Origin: a bacterium
GTDB taxonomy: Bacteria > Patescibacteriota > Microgenomatia > UBA1400 > UBA12108
DNA: 64,000 nucleotides
Reading direction: 5' to 3'
Assembly: GCA_021788365.1 (NCBI GenBank)
Contig: JAJYKS010000003.1
Location: 6,283-70,282 of the forward strand
This document shows positions 36,765 through 45,809 of this stretch, one piece after another; within the stretch, counting starts at the first letter, position 1; each line of letters opens with the position of its first letter. Under the pieces are notes generated by a model, which did no database searches, was not told the origin of the DNA, and saw only the letters and a program-made list of their open reading frames with translations. A program made the position numbers and the translations under genes.

Positions 36765-38504
36765 ATGGATACAACAACAGCAACGCTTTCCGGTACCCCA
36801 AACACACGTTGCTGGAGCCAAGCGGCTACGAGGGTTTTAGGGGGTGTTACTAGCGTTGTTGTTCTAACACTTACTTGTGAGGCAGATGGTGATCTCCTCG
36901 ACCTTTCTCAGGTAGGAGGAGAGCTTTTGGAGAGTGTGCTTTCTGCCATAGGTGGCATTCGCGAAGGACAAACTTTGCAGCCAACACTCGAACCTCTCCT
37001 ATCCAGCTTGGGTGACGGCGTTTGTGTGTCAATTCTCGTTATTGGTATTTTTGATCAGCGACTCATTCTTTGGGGGAAGGGTGAGGTGGGGTGTTACCTA
37101 TTGCGGGATGGACACTTCCTCCATCTTGCTGATTCTGCAGCGGCGGCGCGCTCTGTATCTGGAAACGTTATTTCTCATGACACTCTTCTTGCATATACAA
37201 CATCACTTACACATGCCTGTAGTCTTGCCGACATACGAAAGGCACTGGGAGAAGGTACAAAGGGTTTGGAGCTGTTGACTCCAAGCATCTTAGCCGCTCC
37301 GGACTCTGGGAGTATCGCAGCAGCAATGGTTGCGGTTGAGGGGACACCCCCAATAAAACCTGCGATAAACATACCACTATTTGTACGACGTGAGATTACC
37401 GGACAAGAGCGACGAATGCAGACCTATATTGGTATGGGACTTGTAGCGCTACTTGTTGTTCTTATTTCTGTGGGTTACGTACAACGATTAAAGACGCTTC
37501 GCGTCCAAACATATTCGACTTTGTCGCAGCGTGTAGGAGGGCTCATAACTGATTCGCGGCAAGTGGCTGTCTCTGACCCCGCGCGAGCGCGCACCGATCT
37601 CTCGGATGCCCGTACTGCTGTAGAGCAGTACCTCTCAGGAAAGCCTGGTGCACCTTATACGCTCCAAGCGCAGCAGCTCACTCAAAATATCACCTCAGCG
37701 GAGCAGTCAGTTTTCCAGGTGTATCCCGTGACACTGTCGCCATTTATTCCACTTTCGGTTGTTGCGCCACAACTGTCTGCCCCTCGCATGGCGACAGACG
37801 GGAAGGGCGACCTTCTTTTTGCTGACACAATGGGGAATATCATCGGTATTAGTACCAAAGATAAGTCTAAATTTAGTTATAGTACTCAAACGTATGGACC
37901 CGATATCTCTGTTGTAGGGGGAGACACCGGCACGTTTGGATTTACCGCAAAGGGAGTGGTCGTCATACCACCAAAGAAAACGGAAGCTACGGTTGCGATA
38001 CAGCCAGATGAGTTGTGGGGTGATATCACTATGATTGATACGTTCGCCGGGAACGTTTATCTTCTTGATCAGGGGAATGGTGAAATATGGAAGTATCCGG
38101 TCTTGGATACTGGGTTTGGTACGCGTAAACGGTGGTTTGCTGCCGGAATTACTCCCGATCTATCCAAAGTTGTGGATATGCGAGTGACGGGCGATGTGTG
38201 GCTACTTACTTCGACTGGGAAAATTCTCAAATATACTCGTGGTGCCCCCCAGAAATTTCCCATGACAGGGTTTCCATTTACGAGTACAGACGGGAGCCTT
38301 GCTAATCCACAAGCACTCGATGTTAATGGGAGCAGCGTTTATGTTCTCGAGTCCGGCGCGTCACGGGTAGACGTATTCCAGGATGATGGAACATACGTGA
38401 AACAATACACGGCGGATGACTTTGCAAAGGCAACGGATATCGCGATTGCAGATGGGAAAATGTACGTACTGGTGCCAAGCGGAGTGGAGTGGTTTGGGTT
38501 GTGA
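36765..38504 (+). CDS. Membrane protein: degenerate PP2C-like N-domain, TM, C-terminal beta-propeller
   Basis: G....YLLRDG segment; TM; repeats such as NVYLLD....IWKY, VWLL...G.I.KY, VYVLE....RV. Confidence 0.65.
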   Translation: MDTTTATLSGTPNTRCWSQAATRVLGGVTSVVVLTLTCEADGDLLDLSQVGGELLESVLSAIGGIREGQTLQPTLEPLLSSLGDGVCVSILVIGIFDQRLILWGKGEVGCYLLRDGHFLHLADSAAAARSVSGNVISHDTLLAYTTSLTHACSLADIRKALGEGTKGLELLTPSILAAPDSGSIAAAMVAVEGTPPIKPAINIPLFVRREITGQERRMQTYIGMGLVALLVVLISVGYVQRLKTLRVQTYSTLSQRVGGLITDSRQVAVSDPARARTDLSDARTAVEQYLSGKPGAPYTLQAQQLTQNITSAEQSVFQVYPVTLSPFIPLSVVAPQLSAPRMATDGKGDLLFADTMGNIIGISTKDKSKFSYSTQTYGPDISVVGGDTGTFGFTAKGVVVIPPKKTEATVAIQPDELWGDITMIDTFAGNVYLLDQGNGEIWKYPVLDTGFGTRKRWFAAGITPDLSKVVDMRVTGDVWLLTSTGKILKYTRGAPQKFPMTGFPFTSTDGSLANPQALDVNGSSVYVLESGASRVDVFQDDGTYVKQYTADDFAKATDIAIADGKMYVLVPSGVEWFGL

Positions 38505-38638
38505 GGACGTGGCGTTCGTCTGGATTTCCCAAACGCAAAACTCGGTCTATCTGCGCCTGGTGGCGCAGCGACCTAGAACTCGCGCTACCCGCCACTGCGT
38601 TGTGTTTTGCAACTTGTGAAATCCCGACTGCACGCCCT
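38504..38638. repeat. Structured intergenic repeat, copy 2 of 3
   Basis: Same core as copy 1, different outer stem. Confidence 0.9.
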
Positions 38639-38665
38639 AATTTTTTCTTGAGGTAGAATATGGGT

Positions 38666-39100
38666 ATGATTTTGAATAAAAATGCCAAGCGGGAGTACAG
38701 TATATCCGACACATTGGTGGCGGGGGTGGTGCTCACGGGCGCGGAGGTGAAGACGCTGCGCGAGGGGCGGGGAAGTCTGCGTGACGCCTACGCGCGATTC
38801 TTAAACGGTGAGCTGTACCTGGTGGGCGCCGACATACCGCAGTACAGCCACTATTCGGGGAAGGAATACGACGCGAAGCGGAGCCGGAAACTCCTTTTAA
38901 ACAGCCGCGAAATACTAAAATTGCAGCAACAATTGGAAGGCAAGAATCTGACACTCGTGCCTTTGAAATTGTTTTTCCAGGGACGATGGGTGAAGTGCGA
39001 GCTGGGGGTAGGACGGGGAAAGCGGGAATATGAGAAGCGGGAAGACTTGAAAAAGCGAGACGTAGAACGAGAGATTGCGAAGGCTATGCGGACCAACTAA
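38666..39100 (+). CDS. smpB: SsrA-binding protein
   Basis: N..A...Y, AG.VL.G.EVK.LR, R.RKLLL, GKR.Y.KR. Confidence 0.96.
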   Translation: MILNKNAKREYSISDTLVAGVVLTGAEVKTLREGRGSLRDAYARFLNGELYLVGADIPQYSHYSGKEYDAKRSRKLLLNSREILKLQQQLEGKNLTLVPLKLFFQGRWVKCELGVGRGKREYEKREDLKKRDVEREIAKAMRTN

Positions 39101-39123
39101 AAATCCCGCAAAAGCGGGATTTT
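39100..39123. terminator. Bidirectional intrinsic terminator between smpB and ssrA
   Basis: AAAATCCCGC-AAAA-GCGGGATTTT. Confidence 0.75.
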
Positions 39124-39127
39124 GCTG

Positions 39128-39529
39128 TGGAGACGGAGGGCAGTGAGCCCTCGTCCGCGTGCTGCTACTAACATCATCTACATACGTAGTTCATTTTATT
39201 TTTAACCTCATGCTGTCCCGGGAATGAACGAACCAAAATAGCAAGAGGGTTGTCGATTGATTTGGGCCAGAGTGACAAGACCTGGCTTACGGCCTGTGTC
39301 TGTTTCCACCCAACTACCGCGCCACAAGCGACTTGGTAGTGAATGCCGTTAGGCAAATGCCGGTACGAAACCAGCGTTGTCTGCGGGAGTAAAGAGACCT
39401 ACAAAGAAGTCTTTTACTGCAGTCAAAGGATTTTTGACAGTTATTTTTTGGCTCTTTTTTACGACTTCCTTAGCCAAAGTCGGTATGCAGATGTTAATGA
39501 GCGAGTACACGTCAATACAAGACGTCCCC
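39128..39529 (-). ncRNA. ssrA: tmRNA
   Basis: 5' GGGGACG pairs with 3' CGTCTCC-A with G3:U; T-arm GAGGG/CCCTC; tag ORF after ATAACT ending AFA-stop; adjacent to smpB. Confidence 0.92.
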
Positions 39530-39596
39530 AATGCACGAATGGTACCATACATCAGGCAATTTGTCCAGTTCCTACGATCTGTACTATGCTATAGAC

Positions 39597-40286
39597 ATGA
39601 GCTTTGTTGATTGGATATATCCGAAGGTATGCGCGGGATGTGAAAAGGAGGGGGAGTATATATGCGATGAATGTCGGGGGAAACTAAACCCACCAGTGTC
39701 GATTTGTCCGGAGTGCAACCGACCGAGTATAGACGGATGGGTACATGCACGTTGTCAAAGGCGGTATGGAATAGACAGGCTTATCGTGGGATTACCGTAC
39801 CACGGGGCGGTGCAGAAGTGCCTCAAAAACGTCAAATATAAGAGCAGCTGGGAAGTGATCAACTTTTTGCATGAAGTTTGGGAACAAAAAGCCGAATTCA
39901 TGATTCATGATTTACGATCCATGAATATAAATGCCTTGGTTACGGCGGTACCGATGTGGGGAATGAAAGAACGGAAACGGGGATTCAATCAAGCCGAGCG
40001 ACTGGGGAAATTAATAGCGAGCGAGATGGGGCTTCCGTATTTGGACGTTTTGGAAAGGGTGAGAGATACCAGGGCGATGTGGGGACTCGACCACAAACAA
40101 AGGATACAGAATGTGGTAGGGGCGTTTTCGCTTAATTCTCAGTTTTCAGTTCTCAATTTCCAAAAAATAAAACTGGTTTTGTTGGTGGATGATGTGTGGA
40201 CGACGGGGGCTACAATGCGGATGTGCGCGGGTGTTTTGATACGGGGTGGTGCTAAAAAAGTTTGGGGAATCGCATTATCGCGGTAA
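39597..40286 (+). CDS. comF: ComF family (double zinc ribbon plus PRTase)
   Basis: CxxC motifs, RGFNQAE, LLVDDVWTTGAT. Confidence 0.92.
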   Translation: MSFVDWIYPKVCAGCEKEGEYICDECRGKLNPPVSICPECNRPSIDGWVHARCQRRYGIDRLIVGLPYHGAVQKCLKNVKYKSSWEVINFLHEVWEQKAEFMIHDLRSMNINALVTAVPMWGMKERKRGFNQAERLGKLIASEMGLPYLDVLERVRDTRAMWGLDHKQRIQNVVGAFSLNSQFSVLNFQKIKLVLLVDDVWTTGATMRMCAGVLIRGGAKKVWGIALSR

Positions 40287-40295
40287 AATGGTTTT

Positions 40296-41822
40296 ATGAA
40301 AATTTTGTTTCTCGCGGCTGAAGTGGGCCCGTATCTGTCGGTGGGAGGGCTTTCCCAGGTGTCATATTTTCTTCCACGAGCGCTGTCACAACTAGGGGAC
40401 GAGGTGCGAGTTTTTACCCCGAAGTTTGGAACGATGGACAGCACGGCACCGACTAAGCGTGGATGGAATCTCAAGAATGAGCTTAGTGGTTTGTCTGTCC
40501 CGCTTGGGTTTGACGGTGATACTCGGGGGGCGATCATTTGTAATGTAAAGAGTTATCAACGGCTAGGGAGTGCGGTTAAAACCTATTTCCTTGAAAACAG
40601 GGAGTATTACGAGCTGCGCGCCAATGTTTACGGCTATAAAGATGATCACATACGATTTGCCCTTATGTGTAAGGGATGTTTGGAATGGCTTCTTATACAA
40701 AAGTCGAAAAAAGGTGCGTGGTTTCCCGACGCCATCCATTGTAATGATTGGCACGCGGCGTACTTTATCAACATGGCGCGTACCAATCCAAGGTATAAAG
40801 AACTTCTTCGGAAAACGCCGCTGCTTCTCACTGTTCACAACTTCACTTTTCAAGGAAATTATGACTTTAAGTATTGTGCTGACCATGATCGTGATGATGG
40901 TACGACACCCCTTCTCCCTCTCCTTGACCCTGAGATGCAAAAACAGAACGCACTTCTTCGAGGTATTCTTTCTGCCGACGCCATTACTACCGTATCTCCC
41001 ACTCACGCTCGCGAAGTGTTGACTGAGGAATATGGAGAGGGGCTACATACGGCACTTCTTAAGGTACGTTCAAGGGTTTCAGGCATACTTAACGGTCTCG
41101 ACACTCGGGAGTTTGATCCTTCGGATGATCCTTTGGTTTATATCAACTTTTCGCCGAAAAACTTTGTTAAGCCGCGACTTAAGAACAAACAACATCTCCA
41201 GGAGCTTTTTGATTTGCCACGAAACCCCCATGCGTTTCTTGTGGCTTACAGTGGCAGACTCGCGAATCAAAAAGGCCTCAACCTTCTTATGGAGGCCATG
41301 CGGCACCTCCTTCCAGAACGACAGGATTTGCAATTTATAGTACTGGGCGGCGGCGACGAATCTTATCGCCAACAGCTCACCTCTCTTGCGCGCGAGTATC
41401 CGAAGCAAGTAGGTCTCCACCTTCTTCCTGATTTTCGACTGCCACGGAAAATTTTTTCTGGTGCGGACGCACTCCTTATTCCCAGTTTGTTCGAACCAGG
41501 CGGCATTGTGGCGCTTGAGGCGCTTCGATACGGGGCGGTCCCCATTGTACGAAGAACGGGTGGCCTTAATGACATTGTGACGGAGTTTGATCCGACTACG
41601 CGTCGGGGGAATGGTTTTTCCTTCGCGACAAAGGATGGTTGGGCACTCTACGGAGCAGTTGTGACTGCGATGACGACGTATCACAATACTGTCTTGTGGG
41701 AGCGTGTTGTGTCCAATGCCTTGGCTTCAGATTTTTCGTGGGAGCATGCGGCGAGGGAATACCATTTATGGTATAAGCGCGCGCTCTATGATCGCAAGCG
41801 GCATATACGGTCAGTAAGATAG
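40296..41822 (+). CDS. glgA: Glycogen synthase (GT5)
   Basis: E..P...VGGL, HCNDWH, TVHN..FQG, VSP, GILNG.D, GRL..QKG, PS.FEP. Confidence 0.92.
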   Translation: MKILFLAAEVGPYLSVGGLSQVSYFLPRALSQLGDEVRVFTPKFGTMDSTAPTKRGWNLKNELSGLSVPLGFDGDTRGAIICNVKSYQRLGSAVKTYFLENREYYELRANVYGYKDDHIRFALMCKGCLEWLLIQKSKKGAWFPDAIHCNDWHAAYFINMARTNPRYKELLRKTPLLLTVHNFTFQGNYDFKYCADHDRDDGTTPLLPLLDPEMQKQNALLRGILSADAITTVSPTHAREVLTEEYGEGLHTALLKVRSRVSGILNGLDTREFDPSDDPLVYINFSPKNFVKPRLKNKQHLQELFDLPRNPHAFLVAYSGRLANQKGLNLLMEAMRHLLPERQDLQFIVLGGGDESYRQQLTSLAREYPKQVGLHLLPDFRLPRKIFSGADALLIPSLFEPGGIVALEALRYGAVPIVRRTGGLNDIVTEFDPTTRRGNGFSFATKDGWALYGAVVTAMTTYHNTVLWERVVSNALASDFSWEHAAREYHLWYKRALYDRKRHIRSVR

Positions 41823-41831
41823 GACAGAGCG

Positions 41832-43538
41832 ATGCAAGACGATACTCTACGATGGTTTGACACTTTTCACAAAAGCGATGCTTATGCACGACTTTTGGAG
41901 CGACCGATCGCCTACTTCTGTGCCGAGTATGCGCTTGCGTCTGATCTTCCCATTTATGCTGGTGGACTTGGAATACTGGCAGGTGACTATGTACGCGAAG
42001 CTGCAGTACAGCAAGTACCAGTTGTTGCGGTTGGCCTGTACTATAGTGAAGGGTTTACGCGTCGTGAGTTGTCTCCGGAGGGGCGCGTGGTTGATTTTCA
42101 TGTTTCGCGGACTCCGGAGGAGGCAGGTCTCGCGCCGGTTATTGATGCGGCGGGGAAAGCAGTCATCGTTCGTATCCCCGTGCAAGAGGGGGTAGTTGCC
42201 GCTCGTGCGTGGGCGTGGCAGCCGTCAAGCCTTCCCGGTGCTAAATCTAACGTGACCGTTTACCTTTTGGACTCACACGTTCCTGAGAACAGTGAAATTG
42301 ACCAGCATATTACCGACTCACTTTACGATACCAACAAGGAGACCAGACTCAAACAGGAGATGTTGCTTGGAATCGGTGGGCTGCGACTCCTGGAGATAAT
42401 CGGCGTTCACCCTTCTGTGTATCATCTTAACGAAGGGCATTCTGCATTTCTTGTGTACGAGCTCATTCATCATGAGATGACTGAGCACAACCTCACCTTT
42501 ATTGAGGCAAAGGATCGGGCAAAGGAGCATATTTTATTTACCAATCACACGCTTGTGGCCGCGGGCAATGACGTGTTTAGCAATGATCTTGTTTCGCTTT
42601 TTCTTGAGAAATACGCGGAGGAAATAAACGTGCCGGCCTCGGCGCTTGTGGAGCTCGGACTTGTGCAGCAATCATCAACATTTTCTATGACGATGCTTGC
42701 CCTCAGATCTGCGGGAAGGATTAATGCAGTGTCAAAGCTGCATGCCACAAAAGCGAAGGAAATATGGAAGGATCACCCCATGTTTCCTATCACAAATGGT
42801 ATACACGCACCTCTGTGGGACGCCATAGGCGACGTTTACCACCTGTGGGAACTACACCAGGCACGCAAGCGAGAGCTCCTCGAGACTATTTTTCAACAGA
42901 CAGGAACTCAGTGGGACGAGCGAACGATTCTTTTAGGATGGGCACGTCGCATCGTACGGTACAAGCGACCCCTCGCTATGGTGGAGCGACTAAAACGGTT
43001 TCATGAGATGGCAGAGCGATTAGATCGACCGATACGGGTGGTGTTTGCGGGGCAGTCGCATCCGTCGGATGAGGATGGGGAAGAGATGCTTGAAGAACTA
43101 CAGTATCGGCTTAGATCCGACCTTAAGGGTATGGCAGTATATTTACCACACTACGACATGACATTGTCAAAGCAGATGGTTGCGGGATGTGATGTGTGGG
43201 TAAATACTCCGGTTGTGGGATTCGAGGCGTGTGGAACGAGTGGTATGAAGGCAGCCCTCAACGGTGTATTACCTCTTACTACGCGTGACGGGTGGGTAGA
43301 CGAGATAAATCTCTTTGGCATAGGTTGGCTTTTGAACGATGCCAATGTGACCGACGATATTCTCGATAAGCTCGAGCAAGAAATCCTTCCCTTGTATTAT
43401 GACAAAAACGATAGCGGAATACCTGAGGGATGGGTGCAGATGATGCAGAACGCTCGAGGACTCGTATGGAACGAGTTTTCTATGACCAGAGCACTTCGGC
43501 AGTACCTTGAAGAGGGGATGGGGATAACGGTCGGATAA
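41832..43538 (+). CDS. glgP: Alpha-glucan phosphorylase
   Basis: YAGGLGILAGD, HLNEGH, ITNG.H, EACGTSGMKA. Confidence 0.93.
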   Translation: MQDDTLRWFDTFHKSDAYARLLERPIAYFCAEYALASDLPIYAGGLGILAGDYVREAAVQQVPVVAVGLYYSEGFTRRELSPEGRVVDFHVSRTPEEAGLAPVIDAAGKAVIVRIPVQEGVVAARAWAWQPSSLPGAKSNVTVYLLDSHVPENSEIDQHITDSLYDTNKETRLKQEMLLGIGGLRLLEIIGVHPSVYHLNEGHSAFLVYELIHHEMTEHNLTFIEAKDRAKEHILFTNHTLVAAGNDVFSNDLVSLFLEKYAEEINVPASALVELGLVQQSSTFSMTMLALRSAGRINAVSKLHATKAKEIWKDHPMFPITNGIHAPLWDAIGDVYHLWELHQARKRELLETIFQQTGTQWDERTILLGWARRIVRYKRPLAMVERLKRFHEMAERLDRPIRVVFAGQSHPSDEDGEEMLEELQYRLRSDLKGMAVYLPHYDMTLSKQMVAGCDVWVNTPVVGFEACGTSGMKAALNGVLPLTTRDGWVDEINLFGIGWLLNDANVTDDILDKLEQEILPLYYDKNDSGIPEGWVQMMQNARGLVWNEFSMTRALRQYLEEGMGITVG

Positions 43539-43573
43539 TCAGAATATTCGGAAGACTCGGAAAACTCAGAGGA

Positions 43574-44182
43574 TTAGTTCGCTAGTGATTCGGAAATAAG
43601 TTTTTCGACGACCGGAAGGACGGCCTTGAAGATTTTTTCATGGCCTACAGTGTTCGGATGAAGGCCATCGTAGAGATCAGATTTGGAGAGCACGTCGTGA
43701 AGAGGAAGGTATGTAGTTTGGTTTCGCTCACAGACAGCCTCAATAATTTTGGAATATTCGAGACCGCGCTTGTCGGTATATGTTTTGTCGGGATCTTCGG
43801 GGTAGGGGTTAGTTTTGGTGTCATCCATAATTGCGAGCCCTGTGAAGACAACGGAGCTGGTATATTTGTGAGCAATATTGGAAATATCTTGAATATTCGA
43901 AGCGAACTTTTCATGGGGTACCCAAAGACCGCCAAGTTTTTTAGATACGGCGGAATCATTGTTCCCAATTGAGACAATTATTATGGTTGGCTTTCGGGCA
44001 GATGTTTCGTTATCGATACGACGTAGCAGATCTTCGGTAGTGTTTCCGGAGATACCAAGGTTGTATATAGTGATGTCGTATCCGCTTGCGTATAGATGTT
44101 TTTGTAATAGACTCGACCAACCACCATTTTCTGGATCGTATTCGCCGTGAGTGATGCTGGCGCCGAAAATACAGATGTTCAT
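43574..44182 (-). CDS. SGNH/GDSL hydrolase
   Basis: FGASIT, NLGISG, IG.ND, DGLHP. Confidence 0.9.
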   Translation of the reverse strand: MNICIFGASITHGEYDPENGGWSSLLQKHLYASGYDITIYNLGISGNTTEDLLRRIDNETSARKPTIIIVSIGNNDSAVSKKLGGLWVPHEKFASNIQDISNIAHKYTSSVVFTGLAIMDDTKTNPYPEDPDKTYTDKRGLEYSKIIEAVCERNQTTYLPLHDVLSKSDLYDGLHPNTVGHEKIFKAVLPVVEKLISESLAN

Positions 44183-44424
44183 GGGGAGATTATCTCATGT
44201 TTCTTGAGAAAGGCACGGCCAGAACCGGATTTGAGATATTGCTCGAAACTTCTCGCAGTAGATTCATTTGAAAATGCGAAATAACTCTGCAAATTTAGTG
44301 GGAGACGTTTTACGGTGGCGGGAATGTATCCAGATTGGTGTCTATGGATACGATCTTTTAAGTCGTTTGTTGAGCCAATATAAGACTTATGATCGTTGCA
44401 GATAAGGATATAGACGTAGTGCAT
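44179..44424 (-). CDS. GIY-YIG nuclease family protein
   Basis: YVYIL......YIG.T.DL..R...H..G, E..LKSGSGR. Confidence 0.9.
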   Translation of the reverse strand: MHYVYILICNDHKSYIGSTNDLKDRIHRHQSGYIPATVKRLPLNLQSYFAFSNESTARSFEQYLKSGSGRAFLKKHEIISP

Positions 44425-44449
44425 GGATTTAGTATAGACAATTCTGATG

Positions 44450-44580
44450 GTCGCCTACATCAGGATTACGGCGAACTAAAGCGGATTTATCTCGCTGAAA
44501 CCTCGCCCTAGGGGATATGAAGAAATATATTCGTGGGAAATCTAAGTTGTAAGCCCGCCTTCGCTAAAGCTACGGCGAGG
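44450..44580. repeat. Pair of REP-like palindromes between tRNAs and GIY-YIG gene
   Basis: TCGCC-TACATCAGGATTAC-GGCGA and CCGCC-TTCGCTAAAGCTAC-GGCGAGG. Confidence 0.55.
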
Positions 44581-44586
44581 TGAAAG

Positions 44587-44670
44587 CGGAGACGGTGGGA
44601 GTCGAACCCACAGGACCCTTTTGGGGCCACGGTTTAGCGAACCGTCCGAGTACCGTTGTCGCACGTCTCC
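44587..44670 (-). tRNA. tRNA-Ser(GCT), atypical C33
   Basis: GGAGACG/CGTCTCC-G; ACGGT-TCGCTAA-ACCGT; long variable arm; GTGGG-TTCGACT-CCCAC. Confidence 0.88.
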
Positions 44671-44694
44671 AACGAAGAAATTATATCAGGGAGG

Positions 44695-44777
44695 CGGAGG
44701 AGGCGGGACTCGAACCCACGAGTGCTTTCGCACGGAGGTTTAGTAAACCTCTGCCGTAGCCGCTGGGCCACTCCTCC
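44695..44777 (-). tRNA. tRNA-Ser(ACT)
   Basis: GGAGGAG/CTCCTCC-G; GAGGT-TTACTAA-ACCTC; variable arm GTGC-GAAA-GCAC; GTGGG-TTCGAGT-CCCGC. Confidence 0.88.
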
Positions 44778-44807
44778 ACGGTATCACGCATTATACCGTA
44801 TTACGGC

Positions 44808-45101
44808 TTATTCGAGACTGGAGATGTGGTTAATCACGGATTCAATTAGGAATCCGATGAAGGCATAAACGACTAGGGCAAAGAGCGCGGAAATCTCTAT
44901 ATCGGCGCCACGACTCAGCGAAGAGCTTGGGAACATATTGTTGAAGGGGGCGAGCAAGGGATTGGTGGTTTCATAAACCCACCTGACGAACGGGGCTGCC
45001 GTGAGAGCGCCCAAGAACTTGAGGAGAATGCGAACGCCGAGGAGAAACTCTACTAGGCTAACGATTACTTCGGTCAAGACCAAAACATAGTTTTTAAACA
45101 T
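44808..45101 (-). CDS. YggT family membrane protein
   Basis: R.LLK..GA...PFV.W.Y..T.PLL.PF. Confidence 0.8.
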   Translation of the reverse strand: MFKNYVLVLTEVIVSLVEFLLGVRILLKFLGALTAAPFVRWVYETTNPLLAPFNNMFPSSSLSRGADIEISALFALVVYAFIGFLIESVINHISSLE

Positions 45102-45143
45102 AGATCTTCACGTATATAGTGTTATCTCGGTTACAATATCCTT

Positions 45144-45809
45144 GTGCAAACCGCAAAAGTTGGTGATTTTGTTGTGTACTATGAAAACGCGGATGAATTT
45201 CGTGAACTGAAAAGGGAGATTTGGACCGACGGAGCTTATTATTTCGAGACCGATACTGCTCAGCCGAGAATTATTGATCTTGGTGCGTATTTGGGGCTAG
45301 CAACACTGTATTGGAAGCGATTGTATCCAGCATCTCATATAGATGCATACGAGCCGAACCCGTCTAGCTATGCACTTTTACGCCGAACGATAGATGAGAA
45401 TCAAATACAGGGCGTGAGTACTTTCCCCGTGGCGGTTGCAGCAAAAGGGGCGAATATAACGCTTTATGAGGACAAACAATGGCAATCTACCATGGGGATA
45501 ATCCCTGGAGGGTGGCGTAAAATTCAGAAAACTACTCCTGTGGTGGTGCCAACGGTTTTAATTTCACAATTATTATCCGGGCCCATTGATTTACTCAAGA
45601 TGGATGTTGAAGGAATGGAGTACGAGCTACTTCGAGCTGCCGATTTGACCCGAGTAGCAAATTTGATTGTGGAAGTACACCCTCGCGAAGGACGGCGACG
45701 AGACGAGTTGGTAGCTCTCCTTGCAAAGCAAGGGTACCACATAGAGCAGCGGGAGGATACAAACAGACACGGAGTGGGGCTCGTGCTGTTTGTTGCTAGC
45801 CGAACGTGA
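45144..45809 (+). CDS. FkbM family methyltransferase
   Basis: IIDLGAY.G, YEP.P, IDLLKMDVEG.E. Confidence 0.88.
   Translation: MQTAKVGDFVVYYENADEFRELKREIWTDGAYYFETDTAQPRIIDLGAYLGLATLYWKRLYPASHIDAYEPNPSSYALLRRTIDENQIQGVSTFPVAVAAKGANITLYEDKQWQSTMGIIPGGWRKIQKTTPVVVPTVLISQLLSGPIDLLKMDVEGMEYELLRAADLTRVANLIVEVHPREGRRRDELVALLAKQGYHIEQREDTNRHGVGLVLFVASRT

Noticed and set aside
39349-39552. 67-aa minus-strand ORF
   Set aside because: Lies within tmRNA; only its 3' part is the tag reading frame
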